DNA of 31,235 bases from Promethearchaeota archaeon. GTDB taxonomy: Archaea; Asgardarchaeota; Lokiarchaeia; Sigyniarchaeales; SOKP01. The notes beneath the pieces are model-generated. The model was not told the DNA's origin, did not search any database, and saw only the letters and a list, made by a program, of their open reading frames with translations. Position numbers and translations under genes: made by a program. Below are positions 27,162 through 31,235 of the stretch, in pieces; within the stretch, counting starts at the first letter, position 1, and every line of letters begins with the position of its first letter. The stretch covers positions 1 to 31,235 of the forward strand of contig RDOE01000042.1 in NCBI GenBank assembly GCA_011364975.1. The letters are read 5' to 3'.

Positions 27162-27305
27162 TTAAGTATGTCATCTAAACTGTTTAGTGTGCTAAATTGT
27201 TTGTTCTTTATTAATAAATAAGAATTTTATTATCAGTAGTCTTTTATATATCGTTAAATACTTAATTAGATAATTATATCATCATTATTCGAAAAGAATT
27301 TTAAA

Positions 27306-29477
27306 ATGACAACGATTATTGTCAGTGAAAAAAATAAGGCAGCAAAAGCAATAGCTGAAGCGCTTGGTGCTATAAAAACAATAAGTATTTCAAAAAGGAT
27401 AGACATATATTATGTCTCTGCCAAAGATGTTTATGTAATCCCCCTCAGAGGTCATATCTGTGAATATAAAAATTCATCTTTATTTAAAAGCTGGACTAAA
27501 ACAAATCCTCGTGATATTATAACAAATCCTAAGGCTATTGAAAAGGTACCGATTAATTATGCTGCTCCTTATATCAAGATATTAAAGGATTATTCTAAAA
27601 AGGCTGATTTATGTATTATTGGAACAGATGCTGATATAGAAGGATGTAATATAGGATTATACGATGCCTTGCCTTATATTATGCAGGTTAATGCAAAGAT
27701 TGTAGTAAGTCAATTATGGCTAAGTTCATTACAGAAAAGTGAAATCCAACAAAAATTCAACAATCTCATCCCCCCCAAGTTTAGCTGGGGAGCATCTGGA
27801 GAAGCTAGAGCAATTATAGACGCAGTTATTGGCTTTTCTGCAACAAGAGAACTCACGAATACTCTAAGACCGCTACTAAATAAATTTAAAATTAGATTTA
27901 CTTCCATAGGCAGGGTTCAAACTTGTTTATTATATTTAATATATCTTAGAGAAAAAGAGATAGCCAAGTTTATTCCTGAACCTTATTTTAACATTGATGC
28001 AAATTTAATTCACCAAACAGGATTTTTTAATGCTCATCATGAAAAAAATCCATTTAAGAAAGAGTTTGAAGCAATAGCAAAAATAATTTTTGATAAAATT
28101 AAAAATGAGAAAATAGCGAAAGTAGTTGATAATTCAAGTAAAATTATTCAGCGAGGACCGCCATCTCCATTAAACACTTCAAAAGCTTTGGTTTTATTAA
28201 CTAAACATTTGAAAATCACAGCTAATATGGCATTGAATACTATGAATGCATTATATCTTAACCAAATAATATCTTATCCAAGAACGGATAGTGATGTTTA
28301 TAAGCCAGATTTTAACCATCGCCCTATACTAGAACAAATTAGTTCACATTCTAACTATGGACCTTATACTCAAAATTTGTTAAAAAAAAAGCGAATCTTC
28401 CCCACCAAAGGTTATAAGGATGCGGGGGATCACCCTCCAATCACACCACTTGAGAGTTTGGAACCTTCAAATCCTAAATTTGAAAATAAGTTACAAGTAA
28501 AAGTATATGATCTTCTCACAAGACATTATTTAGCACTATTTGGAGAAAATGCAACAGAATCGAAACAAATTTTAAAACTCTTGATAAAAGATGAACCTTT
28601 TAAATCAGAAATTGTAGCACTTATCACCGAGGGATTTTTAGAAATCGCACCCTTTTTGAAACCACATTATGATAAAATGATACAAATTATTGCTACTGAT
28701 ATTCCTATCGAAAAGATAACTTTAGAAAAGAAATTCACACAACCTCCTCCAAGATATACGGATTCTTCGTTATTAAAACTAATGGAAAAAAATAATCTTG
28801 GCACAAAATCAACAAGACCTCTTATAATTAAGATTTTACAAACACGAGAAGTGATAAAAAGAATTAAAAGACAATATTTAATTACTGAATTAGGAAATTT
28901 TATTATTGAAAATTTAACTAAGGTTTGGTTACCTTTTTTAAAACCAGATTTTACTAGAAAAGTTGAGGAAAAACTTGAGGAGATTAAAGATGAAAAACGA
29001 AATATGGCAGATGTCGTAAAAGAGGTGAAAAAAGATTTTTTAGATTTATTTGATAAGTTTTTATCTCATAAGAAAAATCTGCTTAGGGAAATCAATAATT
29101 ATGATCCGATTAAAATACCAAATACAGCTATTAAGTTGTCGCAACCTAGTGTTACTAGTTCATATTGTCCCGTGTGTAAATCTGATAAAATGAAGTTTAT
29201 TAATTTAAAAAATAAGCGTTTTCTTGTTTGTAATAATGATACCTGTAAAAAATTTCTTTCATTACCTAAAAAAGGAAGATTAAATTTGTTAGATAGTACA
29301 TGTTCTATATGCGGTTTTAATGTGTTTGAAATATCCCTCCGTAGAAATAACAAATATTATAAATATTACCTTTGTCCGAAATGTTGGAATGAGAGTTTTA
29401 ATTCAAACAATGGAAAAGGATTTTGCTCAAATTGTGAAGAATATTGTATTATTGACGGTAAATGTGTAAAAAAGTAA
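27306..29477 (+). CDS. topA: Type IA DNA topoisomerase (archaeal TopA/Topo III-like) with C-terminal zinc ribbons
   Basis: TOPRIM SEK...DADIEG, SIGRVQT, catalytic Tyr in ISYPRTDS, DHPPITP, LGTKSTR. C-terminal CPVC, CNNDTC, CSIC, CPKC and CSNC. Confidence 0.93.
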   Translation: MTTIIVSEKNKAAKAIAEALGAIKTISISKRIDIYYVSAKDVYVIPLRGHICEYKNSSLFKSWTKTNPRDIITNPKAIEKVPINYAAPYIKILKDYSKKADLCIIGTDADIEGCNIGLYDALPYIMQVNAKIVVSQLWLSSLQKSEIQQKFNNLIPPKFSWGASGEARAIIDAVIGFSATRELTNTLRPLLNKFKIRFTSIGRVQTCLLYLIYLREKEIAKFIPEPYFNIDANLIHQTGFFNAHHEKNPFKKEFEAIAKIIFDKIKNEKIAKVVDNSSKIIQRGPPSPLNTSKALVLLTKHLKITANMALNTMNALYLNQIISYPRTDSDVYKPDFNHRPILEQISSHSNYGPYTQNLLKKKRIFPTKGYKDAGDHPPITPLESLEPSNPKFENKLQVKVYDLLTRHYLALFGENATESKQILKLLIKDEPFKSEIVALITEGFLEIAPFLKPHYDKMIQIIATDIPIEKITLEKKFTQPPPRYTDSSLLKLMEKNNLGTKSTRPLIIKILQTREVIKRIKRQYLITELGNFIIENLTKVWLPFLKPDFTRKVEEKLEEIKDEKRNMADVVKEVKKDFLDLFDKFLSHKKNLLREINNYDPIKIPNTAIKLSQPSVTSSYCPVCKSDKMKFINLKNKRFLVCNNDTCKKFLSLPKKGRLNLLDSTCSICGFNVFEISLRRNNKYYKYYLCPKCWNESFNSNNGKGFCSNCEEYCIIDGKCVKK

Positions 29478-29574
29478 ACTTATTCCTAAAATTAAATAAA
29501 AAAGTAAATAATGATATGCTTATCTAATGATAAAATCAGCATTTATCTTGTCGTAATATCTAAAAAGACCTAAA

Positions 29575-29940
29575 TTATTCCATTTGAAATCGATATTTAT
29601 TATAAGCTGCTCTAGTTAATCCAACATAATTATCTGATATTTTATAAAACATTTTTCCATTTATTACTTTACGCTCAACGTAATCATTCTTTAAGGTATG
29701 ATTTAACGAGTTAACCATAGTTCCTAAGGTTACTGCGCCCATATATTTTTGTTTTTTCTTGGCTATTCTAATTAAATCTAATTCTGAATGCCATGTTCCA
29801 TCCAATAACCCTATTAGGATATCATTTTTAACAGGTGTCTTAATATCTTTTATTTTATTAAACAGTTGAGAATAATCTGGTCTATAATATTTCTTTAAAA
29901 GATTAGTCTGTTCATATTTATTATTAAAGGATTCTTCCAT
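29575..29940 (-). CDS. Small winged-helix-like protein
   Basis: 121 aa. PVKNDILIGLLDGTWHSELDLIR...VTLGTMVNSLN...YVERKVINGKMFYKIS follows a helix-helix-helix-wing pattern. Confidence 0.75.
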   Translation of the reverse strand: MEESFNNKYEQTNLLKKYYRPDYSQLFNKIKDIKTPVKNDILIGLLDGTWHSELDLIRIAKKKQKYMGAVTLGTMVNSLNHTLKNDYVERKVINGKMFYKISDNYVGLTRAAYNKYRFQME

Positions 29941-30071
29941 GTTCCAATTTCACTTATATTAGATTATTTTACTATGTTATAATATCAGTATGATATTTTT
30001 AATGAAATGTGTTATGCTAGTAATATGGTCTAATCAGTTTATTGGTAATTTCTAAGTTTTTTAATCATGAT

Positions 30072-31187
30072 TCAAATTAAATCCTCAGGAATACCTTCCT
30101 TATAGTATTGAGCTCTTGTTATCCAATGATCTTGAAATTCAGGTAACATCGATAAGATAGAACCTCCCACCCATACTGAGAAAACTCGCTCACGTGGAGC
30201 AATAACTTTAATCGATTGATTTTTTTTCTTCCTTCTTGCTAATTCTAGTTCTAATTCCTTTATAATTCTTGATTTCAAATTGGGGAACATAGATGACCCA
30301 CCTGATAAGAAGATATTATTTAATAATTCTGGTCTTACATCTACATCACACAGTTCTATCACGTCCATTATTGCTTTTGGCAGTGAATCTTCTTCCAATT
30401 CCCTTGAAGGATCAAATAATAATTCGGGGACTTCAAATCTTTCTCTACTTAGGGAAATAGTAGAACCATCTGGAAGGGAATAAGGCTTTTCATATTGTTC
30501 TACTCTTTTTAAATCCTCCTTATAATCAAGTGAGACGAAGCATGCTTTTTCCTTTAATGCTCTGACTAATTCTCTTCTAATAGAGGAATCTGCAGAATAC
30601 CCTTGCTCCCCCAAAATTTTCTCCATATAACGTGTTAATGTTCTCCCCCCAATATCAAGGATCTTAATAGCATGACTTAATTTGTATCCCTCATAAATGG
30701 GTACAATTCTAGTAATACTATCTCCAATCTCAATTACCAACCCTGTTTGAAATCCCCCGGAATATAATGTTAACATAGAGTCTAATACTGGATAGAAAGC
30801 CATACATTGATAATGTTCTAAAAAAAGCTCAAAAACTCTTTTTAAGTCACCATGCGGAAATAATGGATGAACAGCAAATAACACATTAACTAGACTTGGA
30901 TCAACTCTTAGATTATAAAAAATATAATCTATAATTTTTTCAAATGAAAGCCAATCTTGGATAATACCTTTTTCTATAGGATATATAATCTTATATAACC
31001 CTAAAGATTGCACCTCATCTCCAACATACTATTCATCTTTCTTAATACCAGAATATTCATAATCGATTTGTCTGTATTTAGGTTTGCCTACCATAGTGAA
31101 AAACACTTGAGAAGGAAAATCTTCTCCAGCATATCCACATTTGCTCGAGAATTGTCCAATGTCTAGAACAACAGTGATATTCGCCAT
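30072..31187 (-). CDS. Actin-family protein (divergent Asgard actin-related paralog) containing one in-frame TAG at codon 53; recoded gene, recent pseudogene or sequence error
   Basis: ATG at 31187 gives MANITVVLDIGQFSSKCGYAGEDFPSQVFFTMVGKPKY...KKDE*YVGDEVQSLG, in frame with the track's ORF at 31013. Downstream actin motifs: YPIEKGII, EIGDSITRIVPIYEG, GGRTLT, KEKACFV, YSLPDG, ERFEVPELLF, LSGGSSMFP and SVWVGGSIL. 372 codons including the final stop. Confidence 0.92.
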
Positions 31188-31235
31188 AATTTAATATTAA
31201 AATTATTTTTATAGCTTTTTAAATTATTTATAAAT

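Noticed and set aside
27710-29353. Two - strand ORFs (27710-27907, 29099-29353)
   Set aside because: Antisense to the topoisomerase gene; no motifs.
30280-30483. 67-aa + strand ORF
   Set aside because: Antisense to the actin-family gene.
1-31235. tRNA/rRNA genes, CRISPR array, IS or integrase, pyl genes
   Set aside because: No GC-rich structured segment, regularly spaced direct repeats, transposase/integrase motifs or PylS/B/C/D-like ORFs were seen in this window.

Overview
Very AT-rich, gene-dense archaeal window that by gene content looks like an Asgard archaeon of the Lokiarchaeia (Promethearchaeota) type; this assignment is an inference. It holds 21 complete CDSs and one 5'-partial ORF. 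I found no rRNA, tRNA, CRISPR array or mobile element. Housekeeping and metabolic genes are purD, a type IA topoisomerase, a flavodiiron protein (FprA), two tandem M32 carboxypeptidases, a CDP-alcohol phosphatidyltransferase, an Fe-S protein and an orphan five-PAS histidine kinase. They are interleaved with eukaryote-signature-like genes: an actin-family gene, a Rab-like GTPase overlapping a coiled-coil gene, a longin-GTPase fusion with degenerate switch motifs, and two further longin-like proteins. There are also HEAT-repeat proteins and a 1751-aa Ig-like-repeat surface protein. The ORF track misses three things. (1) The actin gene runs 31187-30072 and carries a single in-frame amber (TAG) codon at codon 53, while both halves keep intact motifs. 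(2) fprA appears to start at a non-canonical ATC (13898) and the membrane zinc-ribbon gene at a CTG (11919), each just after an AGGTGA Shine-Dalgarno. (3) A partial beta-rich ORF lies at 2-229.
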